Below, one piece after another: positions 10,485-22,352 of a stretch of DNA of 64,000 bases; position 1 is the stretch's first letter; each line of letters begins with the position of its first letter. The DNA is taken from contig OZ059900.1 in assembly GCA_964057225.1 (NCBI GenBank), positions 10,044,001 through 10,108,000 on the forward strand, written 5' to 3'. The notes beneath the pieces were generated by a model. That model was not told the DNA's origin, searched no databases, and saw nothing but the letters and a program-made list of their open reading frames with translations. Source of the stretch: Auanema rhodensis. Taxonomy: Eukaryota > Animalia > Nematoda. Both the position numbers and the translations under genes were made by a program.

Positions 10485-12811
10485 TTTGGGGGGAATAATC
10501 GTTCTTATCGAATTAACCTTCGATATGTGTTCCATTGGTTCACAATAAGGTTAACCGATTTTTGAGACCTGAGGTAGATGCTGGCTTGCTAGCTCCATCT
10601 CACGGGTCGACCCGCTCTTGCACTGCTGGCGGGAACGGCCCATCCCCTTTGGGGGGAATAATCGTTCTTATCGAATTAACCTTCGATATGTGTTCCATTG
10701 GTTCACAATAAGGTTAACCGATTTTTGAGACCTGAGGTAGATGCTGGCTTGCTAGCTCCATCTCACGGGTCGACCCGCTCTTGCACTGCTGGCGGGAACG
10801 GCCCATCCCCTTTGGGGGGAATAATCGTTCTTATCGAATTAACCTTCGATATGTGTTCCATTGGTTCACAATAAGGTTAACCGATTTTTGAGACCTGAGG
10901 TAGATGCTGGCTTGCTAGCTCCATCTCACGGGTCGACCCGCTCTTGCACTGCTGGCGGGAACGGCCCATCCCCTTTGGGGGGAATAATCGTTCTTATCGA
11001 ATTAACCTTCGATATGTGTTCCATTGGTTCACAATAAGGTTAACCGATTTTTGAGACTTGAGGTAGATGCTGGCTTGCTAGCTCCATCTCACGGGTCGAC
11101 CCGCTCTTGCACTGCTGGCGGGAACGGCCCATCCCCTTTAGGGGAGAATAATCGTTCTTATCGAATTAACCTTCGATATGTGTTCCATTGGTTCACAATA
11201 AGGTTAACCGATTTTTGAGACCTGAGGTAGATGCTGGCTTGCTAGCTCCATCTCACGGGTCGACCCGCTCTTGCACTGCTGGCGGGAACGGCCCATCCCC
11301 TTTGGGGGGAATAATCGTTCTTATCGAATTAACCTTCGATATGTGTTCCATTGGTTCACAATAAGGTTAACCGATTTTTGAGACCTGAGGTAGATGCTGG
11401 CTTGCTAGCTCCATCTCACGGGTCGACCCGCTCTTGCACTGCTGGCGGGAACGGCCCATCCCCTTTAGGGGAGAATAATCGTTCTTATCGAATTAACCTT
11501 CGATATGTGTTCCATTGGTTCACAATAAGGTTAACCGATTTTTGAGACCTGAGGTAGATGCTGGCTTGCTAGCTCCATCTCACGGGTCGACCCGCTCTTG
11601 CACTGCTGGCGGGAACGGCCCATCCCCTTTGGGGGGAATAATCGTTCTTATCGAATTAACCTTCGATATGTGTTCCATTGGTTCACAATGAGGTTAACCG
11701 ATTTTTGAGACTTGAGGTAGATGCTGGCTTGCTAGCTCCATCTCACGGGTCGACCCGCTCTTGCACTGCTGGCGGGAACGGCCCATCCCCTTTGGGGGGA
11801 ATAATCGTTCTTATCGAATTAACCTTCGATATGTGTTCCATTGGTTCACAATAAGGTTAACCGATTTTTGAGACTTGAGGTAGATGCTGGCTTGCTAGCT
11901 CCATCTCACGGGGACTCTCTGGTCGACCCGCTCTTGCACTGCTGGCGGGAACGGCCCATCCCCTTTGGGGGGAATAATCGTTCTTATCGAATTAACCTTC
12001 GATATGTGTTCCATTGGTTCACAATAAGGTTAACCGATTTTTGAGACCTGAGGTAGATGCTGGCTTGCTAGCTCCATCTCACGGGTCGACCCGCTCTTGC
12101 ACTGCTGGCGGGAACGGCCCATCCCCTTTGGGGGGAATAATCGTTCTTATCGAATTAACCTTCGATATGTGTTCCATTGGTTCACAATAAGGTTAACCGA
12201 TTTTTGAGACTTGAGGTAGATGCTGGCTTGCTAGCTCCATCTCACGGGTCGACCCGCTCTTGCACTGCTGGCGGGAACGGCCCATCCCCTTTAGGGGAGA
12301 ATAATCGTTCTTATCGAATTAACCTTCGATATGTGTTCCATTGGTTCACAATAAGGTTAACCGATTTTTGAGACCTGAGGTAGATGCTGGCTTGCTAGCT
12401 CCATCTCACGGGTCGACCCGCTCTTGCACTGCTGGCGGGAACGGCCCATCCCCTTTGGGGGGAATAATCGTTCTTATCGAATTAACCTTCGATATGTGTT
12501 CCATTGGTTCACAATAAGGTTAACCGATTTTTGAGACCTGAGGTAGATGCTGGCTTGCTAGCTCCATCTCACGGGGACTCTCTGGTCGACCCGCTCTTGC
12601 ACTGCTGGCGGGAACGGCCCATCCCCTTTGGGGGGAATAATCGTTCTTATCGAATTAACCTTCGATATGTGTTCCATTGGTTCACAATAAGGTTAACCGA
12701 TTTTTGAGACTTGAGGTAGATGCTGGCTTGCTAGCTCCATCTCACGGGGACTCTCTGGTCGACCCGCTCTTGCACTGCTGGCGGGAACGGCCCATCCCCT
12801 TTGGGGGAGAA
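10333..12811 (+). repeat. Tandem array of 15 units (163-174 bp) of 5'-truncated U2 snRNA
   Basis: Units start TAATCGTTCTT at 10333, 10496, 10659, 10822, 10985, 11149, 11312, 11476, 11639, 11802, 11975, 12138, 12302, 12465 and 12638. Each ends TCCCCTTT(G/A)GGGG..GAA. Confidence 0.98.
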
Positions 12812-12960
12812 TAATCGTTCTTATCGAAATAACTCGGTATGTGTTACCATCATAACACCGTGAGTAATGCTAAATTCCAGACATAGTATTACCCAGATGT
12901 TTTATTTCTGCCAGAAGTTGCACACTTTCTGATACCAGGGTCAGCGGAGCTCACTACACT
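12812..12960 (+). other. Degenerate U2 stem-II copy fused to the 5S upstream module
   Basis: TAATCGTTCTTATCGAAATAACTCGGTATGTGTT..., then CATCATAAC..GTGAGTAATGCTAAA..CAGAC.TAGTATT.CCCAGATGTTT...GGTCAGCG, homologous to the sequence upstream of all four 5S genes. Confidence 0.8.
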
Positions 12961-14363
12961 AAGTTTTCTCAAACCTATTGACAAATCAAAAATAGAAGAA
13001 ATTGCTCTACGTGTAGAATATGAAAGTTTGTCTAGATTATTATTTCTACTGAACCTCATTGTACTTTCAGATGGTGATGTTTCATTGTTTTTCGATCGTC
13101 TTGATTTAGATGAAGGCGAAGGAATTGAATTCATGCAGTCACGTGGTTTTTGACTCCCAGAAGACAACAAAGAGGACATACTGAATGATTATCGAAGATA
13201 TAATTAATTGAACTTCCTCTGCTATTGGAAGCCTCGCTTATTTTTTTTTTGAATTAGGATATTCAATTTTGAGTTCTTTTTTCGAAAAAAAAGTTTTTAA
13301 TTTATATAATTTTCTATTGTTTTCCAATTTTTATGTGATTTCTCTATGTTTCTTTCTATCGTTTTCCAATTTTTTAGTGATTTTCAAATGTTTACAATAA
13401 AATATTTGTAGAAGCTGTTTGAATCACTTTTGGTTTTTTTTAAGAACTAATCGAATTTGTAAAACTTGAATTAAATCTTACATTTTTACAAACAAATAGG
13501 GTTCACGTGAACAAAGTGAGAGAATTGATTTCACAGTTTAGAAAGAATAATATATGGCTTTACCCTCACAACGCGATGATTAATCCAATATCCGGACAGA
13601 GTATTGCCCAAATGTTTCATTTCTGATACCACGGTCAGCGAAGTTCACAATTATAACCGCAAAACTAAAGTTGAAGTTCGCTTACGACCATACCACGTTG
13701 AAAGTACGCCATCCCGTCCGATCTGGCAAGTCAAGCAACGTTGGGCCCGGTTAGTACTTGGATCGGAGACGGCTTGGGAATCCCGGGTGCCGTAAGCTTT
13801 TTCATTTTGATTTTGAATAGTAGTGAATTAAGGAATACGGTAACTTGAGGTAATTACGTATGTGCTCTAGTGATAAGCGGGAAGATATGTCATAAAAACA
13901 TATTCAAATAAATTTTATTTTTATTGATTTTTATTTGTTATTTTAAATTCTACGCACCAATTGCTTAGAACAATGTTTGCAATATTTTCATTTATAATTA
14001 GCAAGAGAAGTACCTAGTGTTAAACAGAATTTGTTATATACGTATGTCTAGTTAAGACATTTAAGAGATACGGTAACTGTGAAAGGGCACCTGTAAATAA
14101 GTAGCTGTAAATTAAAAAAGTTTTAGGCGGGAATAATCGTTATTTCGAATTATTCAAATCTAATCAATATATCTCAATATATTGATTTTTTTCTTAATTG
14201 CCTCCATTGTTTTTTGTTTGCATTTTATTTGTTTTTTTTTTTGCATTTTTTATTTCTTCTCGTTGCAGGTATTGACAACTGCTGCCTTTTTAATTTTTCG
14301 TTACTGATTCTCAATCGTAAGTTTGTTGTTGTTTTATTTATTATTCATCATATTGAAGATGGA
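12961..14363 (+). repeat. 5S cassette, copy 3 (5'-truncated; includes downstream promoter and 5'UTR)
   Basis: Near-identical to 2661-4038; identity ends just after the cargo ATG (GAAGATGGA). Confidence 0.93.
13680..13798 (+). rRNA. 5S rRNA gene, copy 3
   Basis: Identical 119-nt 5S followed by a T-run. Confidence 0.99.
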
Positions 14364-15815
14364 TACATCTTCCTCTGATGACTCAAGCATAGAAGACATT
14401 CTGGAGAACGTGGCTGCAATTTGTGATCCTACAGTAGGAATTGCTATTATTTGTAATTTCTTTATTGATTATTTTGAAGATGGATACATCTTCTTCTGAA
14501 GACTCTGATACTGATAGCATTCTCGAATATGTTTTTGGATTCGCAAATCGGATAATTGCTGATGATACATCAGAAAGTGATAGTGATGAAAATGGCGTCG
14601 AACATTCAGATCCATCATTCTGCGAACTTTCTCAGCCTGATGAAAACAGAGTAGCAAACGGTGTGCGGCATGTGTTCGAGAATGCTCAATTAGCTCGTTT
14701 CAATAATGAGACACGTGAGATTGAGTTAACTTCCCCTTTTCCTGTTGCTGTAGAGAATGGATCTCAATATCGTCAGGTAAACTCTTTCAAGTTGCAATAA
14801 ATTATTCATCATGTTTTCAGCAAATATTGGCTTCTGGGCAGAAAATTGAAGAATCTCTCAACAATTATTTCTCTAAGTTGGCGATTGTCGATCAGATTTG
14901 TGTTGAGCAGTTCGAAGAGGAACAAACAGCTTCTTTTCCTCTCAGAGCTTTGAAGCGAACCTGCATGTGTGATTTCCCTGGAGACTCCGAGTGTTCAATA
15001 TGCAAAAAGAAACTTTCTGATTTGGCTTCTTTGTGTGATTCGGCGTTGGATGTCATGGATCAGATCTATGATTGTTTGGTTGAAGGAATCACATCTACTA
15101 TGATTCCTATCTCGCTAATATGCCTTGCTGGAGAAAAGTTGGAGAGGATTATCAAATCAAATGAGAATTTCGAAAGTAGATCTGTGCCAAACAGTTCTTT
15201 GTATAGAATGGTAAGAATTACTTTTACAAATAGTGACTGTCAAATTGTTTCAGATATATCGTGATGAGCTTGCTGATAATAATCCGAATTCTACAGTCGT
15301 ACGTATATTTCCATTTTCCTGTTAATGTTTCTGAATTTGCAGACTGAATACATATTTCAAAGAATTTGCAATAGACATTCCCAATTCGTAAGTTTCATAT
15401 TGATTAACTATAATATTTGTTTGTCATTTAGCAAATAGCAAACATTGCTGAAGAACTGTCTATAATTGGAAAGACACATGAAAATGCAACAGAAAAATCT
15501 TCACGCAAGGATATTACGCAGAATAACAAAAAGAAAAAAGGACTTGTCAAACAATCTAACAGATCGCCTGCAGGTGGTAGTGTCAGATCGAGGATAACTA
15601 AAGAAACCAGCAAAAATAATACTCTGAAAGATTCTCCTGCTTCTCGAACCCGATCCAAGAAATGTAAAACCCCCAATTGTATTGATTCTCCTGCTTCTAG
15701 AACTAGATCGAAAAAGAGTAAAAAAATAAGTTCAAATGAAAAAGGCAAAGATTCGAAAATTACAGTAATTAAAAGAAAAAGAAAAAGTTTGGATGGTTCT
15801 CAATTCATATACTAA
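14359..15815 (+). CDS. Orphan protein with acidic N-terminus, CxC-x7-CxxC cluster and basic SPASRTRS tail (cargo gene B)
   Basis: Six phase-0 exons in one frame: MDTSSSDD..DPT/MDTSSSED..YRQ/QILAS..CMCDFPGDSECSIC..YRM/IYRDELADNNP../TEYIFQ../QIANI..SPASRTRS x2..KRKRKSLDGSQFIY*. Confidence 0.8.
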
Positions 15816-16446
15816 GCCAGATTTATTTGATCTCTATTGTTTTATCAATTTTAATCCTCTAATCTTGTTTTACACAAAGTTTTAATTGTATATTAGAGGT
15901 TTCTCAAATTTTTAAAAAGAATTACATTTGTTTAATAAATATTTTAGTAGAAGATTATTTGTTCTTTATCGCGTTGCAAGAAAATCAGAAAAGTGAATAA
16001 AACAAAATATATTTCGGAGAATACGGTATCAAAGATTGAAGATAGTCTGAACTTATAAACAATAACAATTCGTATAAATAAACACCACATATTGTTTTCA
16101 ACGGATAAAGGTATGTGACAGATAAAACAAGAATTTTGAGATACGGTAGCATAGAAGTGGCACATGTAAATAAGTAACTGTGAGTAAATAAAGGATTAGG
16201 CGGGAATAAAGTTGATTTTAAGTTGTTTAAACGGAATATATAAGATATTATATTGACTTATTTTATTAATATTAATTGCTTTGATTGTTTTTTAGTTGTT
16301 TTTTATTTGTTTTTATTTTATTTTTTATTTCTTCTTGTTGCAGGTATTGACAACTGCTGCCTTTTCAATCTTTCGTTACTGGTTCTTAATCGTGAGTTTG
16401 TTGTTGTTGTTTGTTGTTGTTTTATTTATAATTCATCATATTGAAG

Positions 16447-17726
16447 ATGGATACATCTTCTACTCATGACTCAGGCATGGATGACATCCTGGAGAACGTG
16501 GCTGCAATTGGTGATCCTACAGTAGGAATTGCTATTATTTGTAATTTCTTTATTGATTATTTTGAAGATGGATACATCTTCTTCTGAAGACTCTGGTAAT
16601 GATAGCATTCTCGAATATGTTTTTGGATTCGCACATCGGATAATTGCTGATGATACATCAGAAAGTGATAGTGATGAAAATGGCGTCGAACATTCAGATC
16701 CATCATTCTGCGAACTTTCTCAGCCTGATGAAAACAGAGTAGCAAACGGTGTGCGGCATGTGTTCGAGAATGCTGAATTAGCTCGTTTCAACTATTATAA
16801 ATGGGATGTTGAAATGACTTCCCCTTTTTCTATGTATGAAGAACAAGCAGTGGAAGACCGTCAGGTAAACTCTCTCAAGTTGCAATAAATTATTCATCAT
16901 GTTTTCAGCAAGTATTAGCCTTTTGGCAAAAAATGGAAAAATCTCTCAACAATTATTTCTCTAAGTTGGCGATAGTCGATCAGATTTGTGTTGAGCAGTT
17001 CGAAAAGGAGCAAACAGCTCCTTTTCCTCTCAGAGCTTTGAAGCGAACCTGCATGTGTGATTTTTCTGGAGACTCCGAGTGTTCAATATGCAAAAAGAAA
17101 CTTTCTGATTTGGCTTCTCTGTGTGATTCGGCGTTGGATGTCATGGATCAGATCTATGATTGTCTTTTTGAAGGAATCGAATCTGATATGATTCCTTATT
17201 CGCTAATATGCCTTGCTGGAGAAAAGTTGGAGAGGATCATCAAATCAAATGAGAATTTCGAAAGTAGATCTGTGCCAAACAGTTCTCTGTATAGAATGGT
17301 AAGAATTACTTTTACAAATAGTGACTGTCAAATTGTTTCAGATATATCGTGATGAGCTTGCTGATAATAATCCGAATTCTACAGTCGTACGTATATTTCC
17401 ATTTTCCTGTTAATGTTTCTGAATTTGCAGACTGAATACATATTTCAAAGAATTTGCAATAGACATTCCCAATTCGTAAGTTTTATATTGATTAACTATA
17501 ATATTTGTTTGTCATTTAGCAAATAGCAAACATTGCTGAAGAACTGTCTATAATTGGAAAGACACATGAAAATGCAACAGAAAAATCTTCACACATGGAT
17601 ACAGACGATGTACTTACTTTCAACAATCAGCTTGGAAGTTCTACCAGACATAAGACTATTGCGCCTATTTTCTTGGGCACAAAGCAGTGTATTACTAGTG
17701 AAGTACCAGAACTGAGTTTGTTATAA
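16447..17726 (+). CDS. Paralog of gene B with a gene-A-type C-terminus (cargo gene C)
   Basis: Highly similar to gene B up to EKSS (~17591), then switches to ..STRHKTIAPIFLGTKQCITSEVPELSLL*. Confidence 0.8.
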
Positions 17727-18181
17727 TCAAAAAGATGGTTATACAAAAATTTGAACAGTTTTACATTGATTTATTGAATAGGAATTGTTTGATCACTAGT
17801 GTTTTATCAATTTTAATGTTCTAGTCATGTTTTACCTTACGTTTTAAATATATGTATCCGGTTTTCATAATTTTTTTCATTTTTCTCAATGAATATTTCA
17901 AAAATTCATTTGTTTTTATGGTTTTTTATATGATTTTTTTAAAATAATGAAAAGAAAATTGTATTTTGAAAGATTAAGTTTTTTGGCTTTTGCCTTTTTC
18001 TAATTTTTTAGTACATTTTTCCGTAATACATACATACATCTTTCAAATTATTATTTTTTTCTTTTTTTCCGATTTCTAATTGTGTTATTGAGTTCCGTGT
18101 CTTCTAATGTATTTAGTTTTTTATAGCTCAAAACAGAATAGTTGTCTTTGTATATTAAAATATGTTTTTTACTATAATGTT

Positions 18182-18312
18182 TCAGTTATTCACTTTAAGA
18201 ACTCAAGTTACAACAGTTGACAACATGATGATTAACTTCTAATCAGTTATTCACTTTAAGAACTCAAGTTACAACAGTTGACAACATGATGATTAACTTC
18301 TAATCAGTTATT
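18182..18312 (+). repeat. Perfect 61-bp tandem duplication
   Basis: TCAGTTATTCACTTTAAGAACTC...CTTCTAA occurs twice, plus a partial third start. Confidence 0.95.
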
Positions 18313-19219
18313 AAGAAGGCAATGTTTCATTATTTACCCGTTTCTGTTTCAAACTTTGTCGTATTTTAGAAATATTATGAAATGCTCTTTATATATTTGT
18401 TAATGAGTCATACAACTGATCTATGTTTCTCGCTTGTTAAGAATATGTGGCTTGGTATTATTCTACTCTTGTGCGTAATTGGCAGCATTAGTTGAATTCA
18501 TAAGAGCAGTCTTAATGCTATTCCATATTCTAATTATGCTATGCAAATCCGATGAAGCATCCTCTCATTATGGCAACGCGCGCAATGTTTCTCTACATCC
18601 TCTAATCGATGCAGCTGTCCCATTATAGTTCGATTCCTCTCTTGAAATTGCGTTGTGTTTACAACTAGTCTGTTTGATCTCTCTCTTCTCTTATGCAGCT
18701 TGATAGAAATTTGAGCTTTAATTATTCAGTCGTGAGTTTACTCGAATTCTAGACAGTGTGATTCCTTTTCAATTAAATTCAACAATATCCATGATGTATT
18801 TCATTAACAAAGTCATGAGAATACTAATTAAGTTAGGCAGATATTGCGACTGCTCTGCTTCTCGTGAAACACTATTAATTCTCCTGAATTGTTTACTTTC
18901 CGTCTTATTATCCTTCCGGAAAATGTTCAGTTTCTCAAATAAATGTGTTTCCATCTGCATGGTTGCATTCGAATCTTATACGCTGTATCCATCTAACGTT
19001 AATCTCTCTTACCTATATTCATTTAACAATTAACTGAAACGCTTATCTGATCATATTAACGGATATTGCTGGAATAGCTCGTTGCTAGGGTACGCATAAA
19101 GCAAAATCCATGTAGCACATTTCTCATGTCATATGTGGTTTATTGGATATTCAATCCAAATTTTATAATTTTTTTGTAGAATTCTCAATAATTCTTTATT
19201 CTTTAACTATTTCATTTAG

Positions 19220-21503
19220 ATGGGTTTCTCAACAACACTCGAAGTCTGTGAATTTCCAGTCATAGATGTTACTGTATACTTCGACAGAGCTGAAGTTAAG
19301 CGTCTGCTAAAATGTGAAGTTCCAAAAGGAACTCATATAATTGATCTCAAGGTATTTATCAAAAATAATTTTAATGAAAATATTTTTTTGCAGAAACTTT
19401 GTCCAAATATGATTGAAAACTCGTATCGTGTTCATGGTGTAGATAAAACTATCATACATGTTGCTACAATAAAACCTGATCCTGAATATCGCAGTATTGA
19501 AGTAACTCTTTTTTTCTTTTTGAAATATGAATAAATAGTTTATTCATTTTGATAAACTTGAAAAAGCATATTCAGATGCATAAACATATACTATTGATTA
19601 TTGATGTTTGAGTAATTGTATTACTTAATCCCTCTGTTTCTATAACAACGTTTCAGATTTCGCGATTAGAAGAAGCTGTTCATATAGAGAAGTCAAATTA
19701 CCGAAAAGTCAAAGATAGCATGAACTTCATTGAGAGAAAAATAGATTTGGTGCAGAAGTTGATCTTACAGGTACTGCGAATAGAATATTCAGATTAATTT
19801 TGCAAAATTTAGTCCAGTGAAGGAACAATCTCTATTGATTCTCCAAGAAAAATTGATAAATTATCAACAAATATCACAAATCTGCTTGATTTGTTCATAA
19901 ATAAATCGAAAGATCTTATTAAGGGTAGGATTGTGTTGTTAAAATTTTACATACCTTATGAATGTTTTTAAGAGAAGGACAGATTGAATCAAGATCTTGA
20001 TATCGCTGAGTTCAGAATAGAGAAAACTGAAAGAGAATTGAGAGAAATGACCGATAAGAATGGGCCTCCTATACCGAAGTATTGAATTATTAGATTTTTC
20101 TGTTAAATTTCCTTAATTTGTTTCATCACAGTTTTCATTTTTAGAACAATCACAGTGATAGTTGAAAGTTGTGGGGGTGAAGCTGAGTTCGAGTTTGTGT
20201 ATCAAGTGCGTGAAGCCTATTGGCGCCCATCTTATGATTTTCGAATTACGAATGCAACGGAGGAAAAGGAGAACAATCTTAGAATTGATTACTACGGAGT
20301 AATTTCACAGAACACTGGTGAAGATTGGTCATGCACTCCAATAGTACTCTAGATTCATATTATATAATGCTTTACTTTACGATTAAGACTCTCTCTACTG
20401 CAAAACCAATTCTGGACAGTGAGATTCCATCAGCTGGAACGTTTATAGCATCTTTTGAAGCTGGCTCGGATGTTGATGGGCATATTCTAAGTAGTGCTGT
20501 AAGTGTTTGTTCAGTTTCCGATTAGAAATATCATTATACAACTATAATATGAAATATAAATATGCATATGCATATTAAATTGAATTATATCATATAGCTT
20601 AATATAATTATTTCATTTTAGTCATGCTCAACGAAAGAGAATGTTGTAGTAGAATATCCGATAGTATGTGAAGCACAGATACGTGATGGAAGCATCATGC
20701 ATCGAGTACGTTTTCTGCGTTCTCTTCTTTTATTTGAGACAAGTTTAGGTTGTGATTGCTCTAGTGGATATTCAACCAATACTCAACTATAACTGCATAC
20801 CCTCAAAAACTTCACAAGTTTTTGCAACAGTAGCTGGAGTAAATGAGAGCAGTATCAACTTTCTTGCCGGACCAATAGATGTATTTATGAACGAATCTTT
20901 TGTTGCTAAGGTTTATTTGTTATTCTCATACTGTTTCACTTATTTCTTTTTCTTTTTAAAGGCAACATTCAAGCACACGTTACCTAATGAGCATTTTATG
21001 GTACCACTTGGAACTTATCCAGCAATCAAAGTTGAGCATAAATTAGTGAAACAACGACGACAAATTGTGAGAATTTAATTCACTTTTAAGTTGCATTGCA
21101 ATTACGATTTCAGGATCTTTGCAAGAACATTTGTATAGATTTGAATGAGCAGGAAATTATCATTCATAACAAAGCAAAACACTCTATTGTTCTTACAATT
21201 ATTGAACCGTTTCCAAAGTCTAAAGATAACCGAATTAGAGTTAGTTGTTGGAGTTTAAACAGCATAGCTTAAGACTATTTTATTCAGATTAATGTCAGAG
21301 ATCCAGTGTACAAACATGAAGAAGATCAAATACGACCTTTTCTTGAAATTCCAACTACAGCTAGTGAAGGATGTATTATGAATATTGGTAATATTCTTGA
21401 ATGGACAGTTAAACTGGAACCCTGTGAAGATCAAACTCTCGTACTAGAATGGAATGCGGAGTATCCTGCAGATCATCGCTTGTATATAAAGTCCGGAATG
21501 TAA
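19220..21503 (+). CDS. DUF4140/DUF4139 domain protein (F37C4.5-like, MuiA family), multi-exon
   Basis: Family motifs VTVYFDRAEVKR, a coiled coil, AYWRPSYDFRI, YYGVISQNTGEDW...LSTAKP, FLAGPIDVFMNESFV and GNILEWTVKLEP. Confidence 0.88.
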
Positions 21504-22352
21504 AAATAGAAAGAGTATTCCTTATAATCATCGTCAATAATACATTTGGTGGTAGAGTTTTACCGGACATATCACTTTTATTTTTCATATTTCTGAGCTT
21601 ATCCGAAACATTCCATATACCAGAAATTCAAAAGATTTTTCACTATTTTATCTTTTTTTTGAGTGATCTTTCAACAGATATTCGACTTTTTTCTTCTGTA
21701 GTAGAACATACTCTAAGAAGTTATCTAACCTTTTCTCTTATAATGAAATACTACAAGTATTCTTCTTTGAATTTAAGCTTGAAGTACAAAATGATTGAAT
21801 ACTCAGTTATTTGAAAAATTTGAAAAATTCAAATTTTAAAGGTATGAAAATTTTGAAAACTTCTTGGGTGGTCTTTAAAAAAAGTCTTTAATTGTCAGTT
21901 TTTTGTATGCATAATTGAAATATTATACTTAATTATAATTATTATACATTTTATTTGTAATTATTGAATAATTAAATTTGAATAATTTGCTGTTTGGAAC
22001 ATAAGACAGTTCATCAGATTTCGTAAGTTCTCCAAAACTAGATCAGCTTAATAATACTTGAACTAAATGTGCTCTATTACAAAGCGCGAAAAATAGATTG
22101 AGAATCAAACTAATTAATTTTTATAATTTGATCAAACCTAAAAAATAAAGAAATTGACACTTGACATTATTCAAGTTCATGATGAATTGATTGAATAACA
22201 TTCTTTTTTCTAGGTAATCAATTCAAAATAGTTGATTTTTAAATTAAATTCAAGCCATAAATAATGGTCAGTTCATTTTGAGATTTTCAATTCTATTACC
22301 AGCTTGGTTTTAGGAATTTCGTGCGCCATTATATGATGATTATAATTATTAT

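Noticed and set aside
10217-12707. Repeated MVHNKVNRFLR ORFs and the CRISPR-like look of the array
   Set aside because: The ORFs are translations of U2-derived repeats. Units have no unique spacers, there are no cas genes, and the DNA is eukaryotic.
15428-15748. 106-aa hydrophobic minus-strand ORF
   Set aside because: Antisense shadow of the Lys-rich last exon of gene B.
845-17900. Autonomous transposon (Utopia/Keno, Helitron, Maverick, Dada) encoding its own enzyme
   Set aside because: No RT, DDE, HUH, tyrosine recombinase or polymerase motifs in any ORF or spliced model; no TIRs or TSDs recognised.
18344-18352. CTGTTTCA piRNA (Ruby) motif
   Set aside because: Isolated occurrences with no cluster density.
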